From: a virus
Length of the DNA stretch: 64,000 nt
Virus record (IMG/VR): IMGVR_UViG_3300037010_001286
Location: 18,149 to 82,148 of that record
Strand: one strand, 5' to 3'
Positions 9,010-17,983 of the stretch are shown here, piece after piece. Numbering within the stretch: position 1 is the stretch's first letter; every line of letters starts with the position of its first letter. The notes beneath the pieces are model-generated. The model was not told the DNA's origin, searched no databases, and saw only the letters and a program-made list of their open reading frames with translations. The position numbers and the translations under genes are program-made.

Positions 9010-10422
9010 TTAGAATGAGTCCTCGAAAGGTAGACTCATCTGCTCTCCTTTAATTAAATCATAATTTAGTTTAAAAGATATTTCCCCATTCCCTGTAATA
9101 ATTTTATACTTATGTAAAGTTATAGAAAAGTCCTCTTTTACCTCTTTAGTAAGTATGAAATCAATGTTATAATATTGTGCCTTTGCTCTAAAGTACATGT
9201 AACACGAACTACATAACCCCTTCACATTAGTCTTTGTTATAGCACCACAACATTTACACATAAATACTCCTGCACCTGATACATCGGATATTCTACTTCT
9301 AACTATATTATCTCCTAACTTAATGTCAGTTACAGTTATAAATCGGTTATCTAAACCTTTATCAATAAAATCTTCATCAATATTACGATAGTATCTTTCT
9401 CCTGTACTAAGAACTAAACCAATAGGCATATAATCATCATCTAAAATATAGTCTGATACCTTTTCGACCCGGTTTTCAACTCTAAAAAGTACCTTTATTA
9501 GACCATTTGAGAACACTAATAGGTTATTCTCTAGGATTTTGGGAATTATTTGACTAAACTCATTAGCGTTATTTAAAAGGATATTTTGAGTGTGTCTAAT
9601 CTCGATATAGTTAAATTCACTCTCAGGAAAGTATTTTTTCATACTAAAATCAAAGTCAGATAAGTTTACATCAACATTCCCTCTATATAAGTTCAAAATA
9701 CTTTTATAATCTTTTGATAAACAAATAGGAACTAATTGCTTACCGTGTCTACGATTAGCTTTCTTACTAAATATAAATATACACCCAAAGTTATTATAGT
9801 GAAAGTTATTTATAAAGTAGTCACGTACAAGCTTATTAGATAGATTACTTTTAATGCTATTACCACGTTTAATGATATAGTATAGCTTAGACTTCTTACG
9901 ACAACTTTTAGGTATATTTACCAAAACTGCTGGAAATTTAGCATTAGAAAAATCGAAAGACCTTGAAATTCCTTCTAAATGTTCTTCCATATACTCATCT
10001 AAGTGGGTAGGGAGTTTTATATATGTACTAAATAATGTACTTAATTCATGTAAATTCTCAAGGGAATTTAATAAAAACTCAACACCAAGTTTTTCCATAA
10101 TAGACTTATTGAAAATAGAAGCTATAATTTGTTGATGATTTACGGACATTCTTTTAAGTTCTACCCTAGCAGCTGCTAAGTTATCTTCTTGTAACCAATA
10201 ATATACTTTTCCTATATTATCTAACAGAGGTAAATTTTCGGTATTCTTATTTGGAACAATACTTACATTAAATTTTATTGGGGAGTGGATAGTTAAGGAG
10301 ATGATAACCTCAAGTAACTCTTTATTCTCAGGGGAGGATTTATAAAATTCTATGAATTTCTTTGCCCCTAAGTTAGGCAAAGAGTTTTTAATTAATAGAA
10401 TTAGATTAGCAAGTTCATCCAT
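9010..10422 (-). CDS. Hypothetical protein; probable inactivated DNA-ligase-fold protein with a C-terminal Cys4 zinc finger
   Basis: N-terminus resembles the ligase DNA-binding domain; CKCC...CSSC; ends QMSLPFEDSF; overlaps the sigma gene stop. Confidence 0.55.
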   Translation of the reverse strand: MDELANLILLIKNSLPNLGAKKFIEFYKSSPENKELLEVIISLTIHSPIKFNVSIVPNKNTENLPLLDNIGKVYYWLQEDNLAAARVELKRMSVNHQQIIASIFNKSIMEKLGVEFLLNSLENLHELSTLFSTYIKLPTHLDEYMEEHLEGISRSFDFSNAKFPAVLVNIPKSCRKKSKLYYIIKRGNSIKSNLSNKLVRDYFINNFHYNNFGCIFIFSKKANRRHGKQLVPICLSKDYKSILNLYRGNVDVNLSDFDFSMKKYFPESEFNYIEIRHTQNILLNNANEFSQIIPKILENNLLVFSNGLIKVLFRVENRVEKVSDYILDDDYMPIGLVLSTGERYYRNIDEDFIDKGLDNRFITVTDIKLGDNIVRSRISDVSGAGVFMCKCCGAITKTNVKGLCSSCYMYFRAKAQYYNIDFILTKEVKEDFSITLHKYKIITGNGEISFKLNYDLIKGEQMSLPFEDSF

Positions 10423-10978
10423 CTTCGACCTCAAAATAATCTTTCATGTGGAGTAGGCAGGTAGTTATAATACGTTTAACTTTAGCACGACTAAAACCAA
10501 CTAACTCACTGATTTTAACTACACTATCCTGTAATATAAAATAATCGTACAGGATACGATGTTCTAATGGCGTTAAGCTTTCTAAATATGTAGAAAACTC
10601 TTCAGCACACTGTAAACGTACTATTTCATCATCTATATCACTTAAACTATGATCTACAAACTCTTCTTCTAAGAGACCAGCAGAAGTAAATGAATGCATC
10701 TCTCTATTAGATTGAACTGACCCAGGACGCACAGTAGAGCTTCCTTTAGGACTATTTCTACCAATATAATCTAAAATAGCACCGGAAACACGTCTATAAG
10801 CATACCCCATATAAAAATTATTCTTACTTTCCTCATATTTTTCTCGTGCTTTAACGTAGGCCAGTAAACCCTCTTGAACTAAATCATCTAGCTCTACATA
10901 GTAGTTAGAACGAAGAAAATACTTATAAGCAATCTTCTCTACAAATTCATAGTCTTTCTTTGGAATTTCTTCTATCAC
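10415..10978 (-). CDS. RNA polymerase sigma-70 family factor, FliA/sigma28-like
   Basis: Region 2 DDLVQEGLLAYVKAREKYE...YAYRRVSGAILDY; region 4 HTH ISELVGFSRAKVKRI. Confidence 0.88.
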   Translation of the reverse strand: MIEEIPKKDYEFVEKIAYKYFLRSNYYVELDDLVQEGLLAYVKAREKYEESKNNFYMGYAYRRVSGAILDYIGRNSPKGSSTVRPGSVQSNREMHSFTSAGLLEEEFVDHSLSDIDDEIVRLQCAEEFSTYLESLTPLEHRILYDYFILQDSVVKISELVGFSRAKVKRIITTCLLHMKDYFEVEDG

Positions 10979-12660
10979 TTTAGACCCCTTTGAGAGTTAA
11001 TTGAAGTTAAGCTAGTAACCCCTTTATCTTTTGTAAAAGTAATAACTGTATCAAACATATTTATAGGCAGTTCTTCATGGTGTGTTATTACATATACAGC
11101 CTTATTCTCACGTATAATCTCTAAGAACTTAGTAACCATACTAATACCCTCATCATCTAATACTCCAAACAGCTCGTCAATTACTAAGTAATTAGTAGAA
11201 ATACCTGTTACTTGCTCTAAAGTAAACAAGGTTGTAATTAGAAGAACTAGAGAAACTCTAGTACGCTCTCCCGCAGATAAATCATTAAATCCTTTTAAGA
11301 TACCTCTATCATAAAATTCATATTCTAACTTACCATTTTTAACAGATACTTTAATGTCGATTGTAAAATCAGTTTTATCTATTAGGTCTTTAAGCACAGT
11401 AACGAATACTTTTCTAAATTTATTAAGATACTCATTAGTAAGTGTTCCATTTTTTATAAAAAGTAAACACTCCTCAACTAATGCAAGTTTCTTATCTAAA
11501 GCATCCATGTCTGAAACAATATCACTTAATTCTTTTTCAATTTCATCCCGTTGTTTAACAATCTTGTCATATGCAGAGTTCTGCTCTGCAACTACCAGTA
11601 ATTTTGATTTTAAAATGTTAATTTTTCCTAAAATAGCAGCCTCATCATCAGCCAAACTTTGTTTTACTCTAGTACACTCATCGTCTAAGGTAGATATAGT
11701 AGAGGTAAGATTACTAATGAAATTTTCTTTTGTACTTTTTTCCTCTATTAATTTGGATAAATCAAGATTTAAAGTATCTTTATCAAGAGTCCCAACTGCC
11801 CCACAAGTAGGACAAATATTAGAAGAATTAATTAGCCTCTCTAACTCAACTATCTTATAGTTTATAAGAGATAACTCAGTATTTAAAGCACTACGCTCCT
11901 CTTTGAGTCCTACTATTTTAAGTCTCGTAGCCTCTACTCCAGCATGTTTAGGGCTACGAGTGACTGCTAAAAGAGACTTAGTTAGAGTATTAATATTTTC
12001 TTCTATTACTGTAACATTTACTTTCTGAAATGAACTAAGTAAGGAGATATTTTTCTCACAATTTCTCATCTTAGTTATTAGAATAACTCTAAGATTTTTA
12101 AGTTCTTTTCGCTCCTCTTTTAATATAGCCTCAGATTGCTGAATAGAGGCTATATTAAAAAATTGAAAAAGTATATTATCCTTATTTGTAGTATCCAAAA
12201 TTGCTTGGAGGGTACTTTGACTAATATAAGTCAAAGCAGAAAATGTATCAAAGTCTAACCCAAGTATATCTTTAATTTGTTTAAGTTGATTTGGAATACC
12301 TTTTACTGAAATATCTACTCCATTTTTAAGTACGGTAATTTTATTAGTATTTCTGTCATTTGTAACTGTATAGTTATCTTTTTCATTGAGAGTAAAATCT
12401 AAGCTAATACTATATGGTTTTCCAGTAATAGAATTATTTACACTCTCAATAGTACCTTTAGGGTTTTTAATATTCTTGTTAAATAGCCCTTGGTAAATAC
12501 TAGAAAAGGTAGCAGTCTTTCCTGAGCCATTAGAACTCTTAAAAGAACTTTCAATATCATTATTGATACCTATAATATAATGAAGCCCCTTCTCTACAGG
12601 TAAAGTAATACTACCAACTGAGAAGAAATTATTTACACTTATCTTTTTAATCTCTAACAT
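10975..12660 (-). CDS. SbcC/Rad50-like recombination ATPase (T5 D13 / T4 gp46-like)
   Basis: NGSGKT, coiled coil with CPTCG zinc hook, LSAGE signature, LVIDE, ITHH. Confidence 0.92.
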   Translation of the reverse strand: MLEIKKISVNNFFSVGSITLPVEKGLHYIIGINNDIESSFKSSNGSGKTATFSSIYQGLFNKNIKNPKGTIESVNNSITGKPYSISLDFTLNEKDNYTVTNDRNTNKITVLKNGVDISVKGIPNQLKQIKDILGLDFDTFSALTYISQSTLQAILDTTNKDNILFQFFNIASIQQSEAILKEERKELKNLRVILITKMRNCEKNISLLSSFQKVNVTVIEENINTLTKSLLAVTRSPKHAGVEATRLKIVGLKEERSALNTELSLINYKIVELERLINSSNICPTCGAVGTLDKDTLNLDLSKLIEEKSTKENFISNLTSTISTLDDECTRVKQSLADDEAAILGKINILKSKLLVVAEQNSAYDKIVKQRDEIEKELSDIVSDMDALDKKLALVEECLLFIKNGTLTNEYLNKFRKVFVTVLKDLIDKTDFTIDIKVSVKNGKLEYEFYDRGILKGFNDLSAGERTRVSLVLLITTLFTLEQVTGISTNYLVIDELFGVLDDEGISMVTKFLEIIRENKAVYVITHHEELPINMFDTVITFTKDKGVTSLTSINSQRGLK

Positions 12661-13636
12661 CTTTTAAAACTCCTCTCAAATAATCTTCTAAATCTTGTGA
12701 TATTGGGTAATTGTTTGTTTTAAGTAGAAGGAGTAAAGTATCTATAACCTCAGTTTTTTTATGATTATACAAATCTAGTACTAAATCTTCAAATTCCTCA
12801 GTATTAGCAATCTCTAGAGGCTTAAACTCAAAATTATCTACTAAAGGGTTCTTCATTAACTTTGAAGCTACTTCAGTACTAGGACTACTCTGAACAATAA
12901 CTTTATAAATATGTCTTGAGTCTAAAGATAACCCAGTAAGAACTTCCTCAGCAGTAGTTGTATGTAATATTTTACAAGGTAAATCTAATCTCTCCCAAGT
13001 ATATGAAAGCTCTTTATCCAAGTTAATTAAGAAATATCCACAGTCTCTAGGTAAATCAAAATGTATACTATATGGACTGGATGGGTATGTTACATTTGGA
13101 AATGGAGCATAAGAGTGGTGTATATCCCCTACAAAGCAGTGGTTAAATATCTTAGAAACTTCACCAACATCAATTTCTCCCTTAATAAAAGTACCAAAAT
13201 TAGCTCTAAAATGAGAGAATAATATACTTTGTCTTTGTGAGCTAATATCTTTCTTTTTACTAGCAATAGTTTTACATTTTAAATGTGATACAAAGTATAA
13301 ATCATAATTAGGAATTTTTAATACAACATCCTCCAAGTATGTAAAGCCAACTGCTGGGATAAAATCAAATACTGTCTTATGGTCTGATAAATTTTCGTGG
13401 TTACCTGAAATTACCCATACAATTTTTTCAGCATCTCTTAGAATTTGTATGCCCTCATAAAATACTTTTAATTCCTCTAAGGATACCTTAGCAGTATCAA
13501 AAGTATCTCCACCTAAAATAATGTGAGATGCTGGACATTCTGATAGTAAAGTAAAAAGTTGAAGAAAGCGATTAGAAGCCCAGGTAGGGCTATGACGTAA
13601 GCTTAGGTGAATGTCACTAACAAAAGCCACCTGCAT
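12647..13636 (-). CDS. SbcD/Mre11-like metallophosphoesterase nuclease
   Basis: SDIH, GGDTFD, SGNHE, GDIH motifs. Confidence 0.92.
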   Translation of the reverse strand: MQVAFVSDIHLSLRHSPTWASNRFLQLFTLLSECPASHIILGGDTFDTAKVSLEELKVFYEGIQILRDAEKIVWVISGNHENLSDHKTVFDFIPAVGFTYLEDVVLKIPNYDLYFVSHLKCKTIASKKKDISSQRQSILFSHFRANFGTFIKGEIDVGEVSKIFNHCFVGDIHHSYAPFPNVTYPSSPYSIHFDLPRDCGYFLINLDKELSYTWERLDLPCKILHTTTAEEVLTGLSLDSRHIYKVIVQSSPSTEVASKLMKNPLVDNFEFKPLEIANTEEFEDLVLDLYNHKKTEVIDTLLLLLKTNNYPISQDLEDYLRGVLKDVRD

Positions 13637-13863
13637 TAAAGAGCCTCTAAGTAGGAAATAACGTCCTTACCACACTTTAGAGTTGGTAAAACTGAGTCAG
13701 GGATAGCAATATCATATAGCTCTTCAATACCCATAACTGCTGATAATAAGTCTAAAGAGTCTACACGATAAGAAGATAGAGGTACGTAAATGCTAAAATC
13801 TCTTGGGTGGACATGAGCCACCCTAGTTAGTTCTGCTATTACATCATCAACATTTATTACCAT
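13636..13863 (-). CDS. Acyl carrier protein-like
   Basis: 75 aa, acidic; DSLD phosphopantetheine motif followed by IEELYDIAIPD. Confidence 0.82.
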   Translation of the reverse strand: MVINVDDVIAELTRVAHVHPRDFSIYVPLSSYRVDSLDLLSAVMGIEELYDIAIPDSVLPTLKCGKDVISYLEAL

Positions 13864-13872
13864 TATAAATCC

Positions 13873-14673
13873 TTAAAATTGAATATCATCCTCATCAATA
13901 TCAATCTGAGGTAGACCATCAGTAGTAGGGGTAGTACCATTACTACCTCCAGCGTTTGTAGCCTCAATCCATTTATTAAATTTCTTAATAGCATCAGAAG
14001 TTACTGCAACGTGTTTTGCAATCTCAGCAGCGTCACGAGGGACTGCCTTCTTAATATCAAAGCAGAAAGCTGGTTGGAAGTTTGTAGGAACTTTAATACT
14101 GCCAACCTCAAAATTCCACTTGAGAACTGGAGTATCTATATTAAGATTATCACAAGCTTCTCCAAATTTATGGTAACTAGTACCATGTAGATAATGTAGG
14201 TAAGGAGCATACGAACCATCTTTTTGTTTAACCATCAATAACAAGATGTTATTAAATGTAACTTTTTTACCTTCATCTTTAAGCTGTTTAATAGTTTTCT
14301 TTGACTTCTTATCTATCATACTTGGAGCATCATAAGGTGAGAAGTAAATGTCAGTAATAATTGTTGTACTAAATGTAGCTACATCATAGTGACTTGATTG
14401 GTACACAGAACCTGCAACAAAAAACTCAAGGGTACTACCTAAATCTTCCCCTTTCTCTTTAACAGTAAGAGTTTTTTTATCAATCACCCAACCACTAATA
14501 AAGTTACCTTTTTTAACACCAGCATCAACCAGTACATCCTCTTTATCATAATTCATTTTAAGAATAGGGAAAGGCATACCGCCCGACGCAGCACCCCCTG
14601 ATACTTTTGCCATTGTTTTTGCAGTTTCTGCATCAAACCCCATTGCGATTAGTTCTTCGTAAGTGTAATTCAT
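13873..14673 (-). CDS. Putative single-stranded DNA-binding or annealing protein
   Basis: Flexible linker and acidic tail IDIDEDDIQF; position next to SbcCD. Confidence 0.6.
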   Translation of the reverse strand: MNYTYEELIAMGFDAETAKTMAKVSGGAASGGMPFPILKMNYDKEDVLVDAGVKKGNFISGWVIDKKTLTVKEKGEDLGSTLEFFVAGSVYQSSHYDVATFSTTIITDIYFSPYDAPSMIDKKSKKTIKQLKDEGKKVTFNNILLLMVKQKDGSYAPYLHYLHGTSYHKFGEACDNLNIDTPVLKWNFEVGSIKVPTNFQPAFCFDIKKAVPRDAAEIAKHVAVTSDAIKKFNKWIEATNAGGSNGTTPTTDGLPQIDIDEDDIQF

Positions 14674-14730
14674 GTTTCGGCCTTTATGTCAGTTTTTTAG
14701 AGTTACACGATTAGGTGTTCGTCTATAAGT

Positions 14731-14759
14731 ATTGTACTAGAAATAGAAAGTAATGTCAA
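14731..14759 (-). promoter_or_regulatory. Sigma70 promoter TTGACA-17-TACAAT
   Basis: Near-consensus hexamers with 17-bp spacer upstream of 14673. Confidence 0.75.
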
Positions 14760-14785
14760 TAGATTATGAAAAGAATTTTGAAGAA

Positions 14786-14804
14786 CTTGCAGGAAACCTG
14801 CAAG
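14786..14804 (-). terminator. Intrinsic terminator hairpin after dNMP kinase
   Basis: cttgcagg-aaa-cctgcaag followed by U-rich sequence on the minus strand. Confidence 0.65.
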
Positions 14805-14811
14805 AATTTAA

Positions 14812-15411
14812 TTATGCTTCAGGGGTGGTAGTGTTAGTAGAAGGAGCTGTAGGCTCTACAGGAGGAATAGTATCTTTATCTTCCTCCCAATTAAAGAATT
14901 TTTTTATTTCCTCTGCTAAAACTTCTACTTCAGATAAAAGCTCAGATACACCTTCAGGATTTTCTAATATATAATCAAAAGACTCATAAGTATCTAAAAT
15001 AGTCTCAGACGTGTGTTCATCAATACCTAAGGGAACACTTGGACGAACAATACGAACTTTGAAAGAGCCTGGAAAAATCTCCTCAATAAATCTCCAGTCA
15101 GGGATAATTACAAAGTAGTTAGCTGGAAGATCTTCAATCTTTTTTAGAAGTAGGTCATACCATACAGTATCCCCAAAAATAGGCTTCATTGCTTCAGTAC
15201 CAAGACGTTGTAACATAACTCTATATTCATTATCATTATTTTTACGAATATCTAGTTCTTCTAAAGTAATACCTAAGGTCTCTGCTAAAATTTGTTTTAG
15301 AGGCTCAGCAAAACTAAGTATAGTAGCATAAGGAAGCTTATCTTTTAATAGACGAGCAACTGTGTCTTTTCCATGTCGTTTTTTACCTGATAATTGAATA
15401 ATATGTGCCAT
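14812..15411 (-). CDS. Deoxynucleoside monophosphate kinase (T4 gp1-like)
   Basis: LSGKKRHGKDT, SFAEPLK, LQRLGTE, PDWRF, HTSE; likely start MAHII. Confidence 0.9.
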   Translation of the reverse strand: MAHIIQLSGKKRHGKDTVARLLKDKLPYATILSFAEPLKQILAETLGITLEELDIRKNNDNEYRVMLQRLGTEAMKPIFGDTVWYDLLLKKIEDLPANYFVIIPDWRFIEEIFPGSFKVRIVRPSVPLGIDEHTSETILDTYESFDYILENPEGVSELLSEVEVLAEEIKKFFNWEEDKDTIPPVEPTAPSTNTTTPEA

Positions 15412-15587
15412 TAATAACATCCTTCTACACAACTAAGTGTATATAATTTAATTAGAACTAAAATAAAAGCAAACATTAAAGCTAACCCAACACCATTATT
15501 AACCTCAAAGGTACCATCAAGCCAGTCAGTAATACGTGTATATTTTAGGAAAATCTTATCTCCTAAATTCTTTAGATATTTTTTCAT
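15411..15587 (-). CDS. Small membrane protein (58 aa, not in ORF track)
   Basis: MKKYLKNLGDKIF...GLALMFAFILVLIKLY; fills the gap with a TAATG overlap. Confidence 0.6.
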   Translation of the reverse strand: MKKYLKNLGDKIFLKYTRITDWLDGTFEVNNGVGLALMFAFILVLIKLYTLSCVEGCY

Positions 15588-15588
15588 A

Positions 15589-16500
15589 TTAATCCTTCAT
15601 TTTAAAAAATAATTTATCTACGGGAGATAAAGGACAAACCTTACTATACTCCTGTAAGAGTGTCATAGAAAACTCATCATAAGAGTTGCCTAAAGGTCTA
15701 GTAGAGAACTTTACCAAGAACTCTTTCTGTTCTTCTTCAGATAGATCAGCTAAGGTTACAGGCTTAAATAGCTTGTAGTTTAGCTCTATCATATCATCAT
15801 AACTAACAGACTCATCAGGAAGGCATATACCATTAGAGTTAGAGTCAAGAAGTCCTCTAATCTTAAATTTAAGGGTATTAAAGTCAGAATACTTAGGGTA
15901 AAGTCTAATAAAACTCTTAACCCCAAACTTGTGAAGTCCTTTTACATTTTCTTTAGCAGACCCTGCAAATACCTGTAGATAAAATACCCCTAAAGGGTCT
16001 ACCTCATATTCCTCTACACAATTTTTAGAAGTAATAAAACGATTACGTTTTACATTTAGCATTCTAATATTATCAGCAAATAGAAAACTAGCCCAGTCTT
16101 TATCTGAACTCAATAGAGTTACTGTGGTATCAGTATTAGCAAATCTACTAGCAATTATTGAGCCAACGTCATCTGCCTCAATACCACTAATATCAATAAC
16201 ATTACCAAAATAAGAAAGCCAAGGTATAGAATTTCGATATTCTTGTTCAAATATACGCTTTCTTTCTTGCTCTTGGGGAGTAGCTTTCTTATCATTCTCT
16301 TTTCTATGAGATTTATATGCTGGATATATTAGGGAGCGTTTTGTTTTACCTATATCAACTGCAAATACAATTTTAGAGGGTTTTACATTATTACTTCTAC
16401 ATATTCGGGAAATCTCAGAAAAAACACCTAGTAGTGGTCTATGATTGTGGTGTTGATTAAAACACATCAATTTATAGTCTATAACTAAAATTTCAGCCAC
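15589..16500 (-). CDS. 5'-3' exonuclease / flap endonuclease (T5 D15-like)
   Basis: YPAYKSHR, GIEADD, SSDKD, ENVKG; GGAGG RBS. Confidence 0.9.
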   Translation of the reverse strand: MAEILVIDYKLMCFNQHHNHRPLLGVFSEISRICRSNNVKPSKIVFAVDIGKTKRSLIYPAYKSHRKENDKKATPQEQERKRIFEQEYRNSIPWLSYFGNVIDISGIEADDVGSIIASRFANTDTTVTLLSSDKDWASFLFADNIRMLNVKRNRFITSKNCVEEYEVDPLGVFYLQVFAGSAKENVKGLHKFGVKSFIRLYPKYSDFNTLKFKIRGLLDSNSNGICLPDESVSYDDMIELNYKLFKPVTLADLSEEEQKEFLVKFSTRPLGNSYDEFSMTLLQEYSKVCPLSPVDKLFFKMKD

Positions 16501-16542
16501 TGTGTCCTCCTTAAAGTTGAAAAAGCATTATATAACCTATAA

Positions 16543-16610
16543 TCTTAAAGAAAACTGAAAGCCTATTTTACGAGGTTTCTTAGAGGTGTCCCAAGACCTA
16601 TTATTGTATT
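16543..16610. repeat. 68-bp direct repeat, copy 1 (copy 2 at 49489-49556)
   Basis: 65/68 identical to 49489-49556. Confidence 0.95.
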
Positions 16611-16692
16611 ACCCTCTAAGAACTTTAGAGAAATTTTCCTATAACTTTAAGGTTACTTTTAAGAAACTTTTTGTACAATATTACTTCTAAAT

Positions 16693-16700
16693 ACGATTAT
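16693..16700 (+). promoter_or_regulatory. Putative phage-sigma promoter -10 (ACGATTAT)
   Basis: Recurrent intergenic motif. Confidence 0.5.
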
Positions 16701-16710
16701 ATATATGAAG

Positions 16711-16804
16711 ATATTGTAGTGCCGTCCCAGGTACTTGTTAAACAATAGAGCCTTCTTTTGAAGGCACTACAATATGTTTATCTAGGATTGATAAGTACCT
16801 GGGA
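16711..16804 (+). ncRNA. Candidate pseudoknotted 5' leader of rep
   Basis: Interleaved stems 16711-16723/16763-16775 (13 bp) and 16725-16741/16788-16804 (17 bp, 2 G-U pairs). Confidence 0.55.
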
Positions 16805-16853
16805 AGCCTTGTTAATCTTCTTATAATCATAATTAAATCTGAATGGATTAACT

Positions 16854-17936
16854 ATGAATGAGAGTAAATTTCTTCTTACTTACTTAGATAAGTATCATAA
16901 AATTCAATGTTCAAATATAAAAACAGATAAATATACCTTTAAAAAAGCAGAAGAGGCACTTGAATTTAACTTTATTAGATTTGGTAACTCTTATTTTATT
17001 CCAGCTATTTCAATTGATATTGATTTTAAATCTGATATTTACCGAATAATTTATGACAATAACCTACCTGAACCTACTTTCGTAGTTCATACAGACCGTG
17101 GAACTCATATTCACTGGTTTTTAGAAGTTCCTATTAGTACAGCTAATAAATTCCAGTTAAATTATCTTAATAATCTTATTAATTATCTTCAAGGTCTATT
17201 TGGTGGTGATAAATATGCAACTACTAGAAGTGCTGGGCGTATTTGGAGAAATCCTATTAAGTTCCCTCATATTTTTTCAGGAAATCTTGTATCTTTTTCT
17301 GAATTTACCCTCCCAAAAAAAGAAAAAGTCCAACAAATTGACACTCAATATACTAGCAGAAATAAGTATAAAAAAATTTTAAATATAGATTTTACTAGTG
17401 TTATAGAGGGAACTCGTCACCATACTCTTTTTGAGTATGGACGTGCCTATGCTTATACTACTGGTATAACTAACCCACATGCAGAGATTGAAGCTAAAAA
17501 TGCTTTAATGCCAAATCCATTATCAACTATAGAGGTTAAATCAATAGGTAACTCTATAGATAAATTTATGACTACAAAATATAAAAAGAGTACATACAAT
17601 AGCTCTCAAAAAACAGTAGAATTTAATAGAAAGATAGCTAAAGTACAATCTGATAAGAAACTTACTGAGATAGTTAATAAAATACTTATAAGTATTTCTC
17701 CTATAACTTTAGCAAAAAACCTAACAGCTCGTAAAGCTGCTAAGGTACTTAATATAAGTAAAAATACTTGGACAAAATATGCAAAAGTATTGATTAGTTC
17801 TATTAAAGAGTCCTTACTAACTATAAAAGCTCCATTAAGATACTTACCAATTTCTACTAATTTATACGTAGAAAGAAGTATACCTATGTATAATACTATA
17901 TATTCTAGCAGTATAGTACTAAATAATTCAACATAA
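16854..17936 (+). CDS. Plasmid-type replication initiator (ColE2/pAL5000-like Replicase primase domain + PriCT-1 + HTH)
   Basis: SIDID, LPEPTFVV, RGTHIHWFL, RNP, GTRHHTLFEY, NPLSTIEVKSIGNSI. Confidence 0.8.
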   Translation: MNESKFLLTYLDKYHKIQCSNIKTDKYTFKKAEEALEFNFIRFGNSYFIPAISIDIDFKSDIYRIIYDNNLPEPTFVVHTDRGTHIHWFLEVPISTANKFQLNYLNNLINYLQGLFGGDKYATTRSAGRIWRNPIKFPHIFSGNLVSFSEFTLPKKEKVQQIDTQYTSRNKYKKILNIDFTSVIEGTRHHTLFEYGRAYAYTTGITNPHAEIEAKNALMPNPLSTIEVKSIGNSIDKFMTTKYKKSTYNSSQKTVEFNRKIAKVQSDKKLTEIVNKILISISPITLAKNLTARKAAKVLNISKNTWTKYAKVLISSIKESLLTIKAPLRYLPISTNLYVERSIPMYNTIYSSSIVLNNST

Positions 17937-17983
17937 TCTATACTCAATTGTATATAAAATAATTTTAAGGTGGTATCTATAAA

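Noticed and set aside
14776-14792. 17-bp exact match (attttgaagaacttgca) to nrdA 55181-55197
   Set aside because: About one such match is expected by chance in 64 kb of AT-rich DNA.
16711-16804. HDV-like/theta ribozyme
   Set aside because: The topology is superficially similar, but stem lengths and the conserved L3/J4-2 nucleotides do not match.
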